A stretch of DNA of 64,000 nt from Malacoraja senta. Taxonomy: Eukaryota. The notes under the pieces were generated by a model. It was not told the origin of the DNA, did no database searches, and saw only the letters and a list, made by a program, of their open reading frames with translations. The stretch is taken from positions 17,052,001 through 17,116,000 of the forward strand of contig CM075988.1 of NCBI GenBank assembly GCA_038087875.1, written 5' to 3'. Position numbers and translations under genes: made by a program. This document shows, one piece after another, positions 62,635 through 64,000 of the stretch. The stretch's first letter is position 1. Each line of letters opens with the position of its first letter.

Positions 62635-64000
62635 CTGAATGTTTAAGGAATTGTCAAGTGGTGACATCAATGGCGAGTAAAAAGATACAACTTTGTTAAC
62701 TCTGGCTAAATGACTAACTTATCTCTAATGTCAAACCTGCATGGATTTGCAACTTTGTCCCACACCCTTAAGATGCATAATTAAGAGCAAAGCAATAACA
62801 AGTTTAATTGCTGAAAAACATACCAATCAAAGAAACATTTACAGGGAATTACTGAGAAACCCTGCTTATAATCCAGTGAATACAATTGTGCCAAACTTAA
62901 ATAGGCTTATTCCATCGACAATGGATGAAGACCGAAATCCAACTTATACTGTGAGAAATGTTGCCTTATTATTCTAGTAAGTAGTGAAAAATAAGTGAAA
63001 GAACACAAAAGAAAATTCATTCTATTGATTACTGTATCCAAGGAGCAGAGGAGGCCTTGCATTCAAATTGTATCACTCCGCTCAGCGATCTGCGACACCC
63101 AAAATGAACAATAGATGTTTTCATTCACCTTCCCTTGTAAATGAGGGAAATCTCTTGGAGCTCATGCATGCAAGGATTGTTCACTTAGGCTTAGCTCTAC
63201 ATTCTGAATGTTAGGTTGTGAAAAGTAAGTAGATGAAATTCACACACACCCTCAGCAAAGGCAGGCCCGATTGCAGAAAATATATAAAAGGCACTACAGT
63301 ATAAAGATTGATGAGTATTTTTCAAAAGCAATAAACACACCACATGATGGCTAGCTTTTGATAGTACTTTTGAACAGATTATAATGAACTGGTAATGCAT
63401 TTAAACAATCCTGATCAGAATAAATTCTTACAATTTTTTTGTTTTATTTTTTAGAATTACATAATGTAGAACAGTAGCAGGATAAAAGATCTTTTCCTCC
63501 TTCATGTTTCCATTGTTTTACTGACATCTGTTCATATGTTGTACCTCAATCGGTCAACAAAAACAATGGTAAAAATGAAGGCTAGAACATCCATCATCAG
63601 TAGTCAGGTTAGTGCTGTGCAAGCAGATTTATTTTAAAGGGTAGTTTTACATTAATTATTCAAGCCAGATTCAAATTGTACCAAATGACAACAATTTGGT
63701 AATTGAAATAAGTTTAGTTTTTCCATTTTTCTGAGAGCAAGACAAAAGTAGATGAGACAAATTTCTAACCAAGAGCAAAACAATGTACTACAAAAAGAAG
63801 AAACATTGGAAATCTAGAAGAAACTTTTAGGCTGAATGGTTGGAATGAGGAACCAGTCACGTGATAACTGAGGTGAATAACATAATAGCACATGACGGGA
63901 GCCAGATACAGGGAACAAATCGAGGCTTATGCAGAATGGGTTAGACAAAAGGCTCCAGCTTTTTTCCCTCTCCAGAAACCCACCTTGACCAAACCCCCCC

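Noticed and set aside
1..64000. CRISPR arrays, operons, tRNA or rRNA genes
   Set aside because: No regularly spaced repeat-spacer array. The tRNA-like segments are SINE heads, and the DNA is vertebrate intron/exon sequence.

Overview
Eukaryotic, AT-rich genomic DNA, most likely from a cartilaginous fish such as a skate or ray (inferred from HE1/V-SINEs, esterase-ORF1 CR1 LINEs and the Penelope-derived repeats). The whole window lies inside one minus-strand gene, CEP164 (centriole distal-appendage protein). I traced 16 coding exons by hand, all with GT-AG boundaries and consistent phases, covering the acidic linker and the central coiled-coil region; both ends of the gene lie outside the window. 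The introns are rich in transposons: a near full-length CR1 LINE carrying an ORF-intact Passport-type Tc1, the pair sitting inside a hAT-like non-autonomous element; a second CR1 inside a solo LTR inside an older CR1; a second, dead Tc1; V-SINEs; Rex1/Babar and Penelope fragments; and many short Penelope-derived repeats with minimal hammerhead-ribozyme motifs. An intronic CpG island at about 56.6-57.2 kb looks like an internal, possibly bidirectional, promoter. No prokaryotic features were seen. Identities were judged by eye and family names from recalled sequences; no searches were run.
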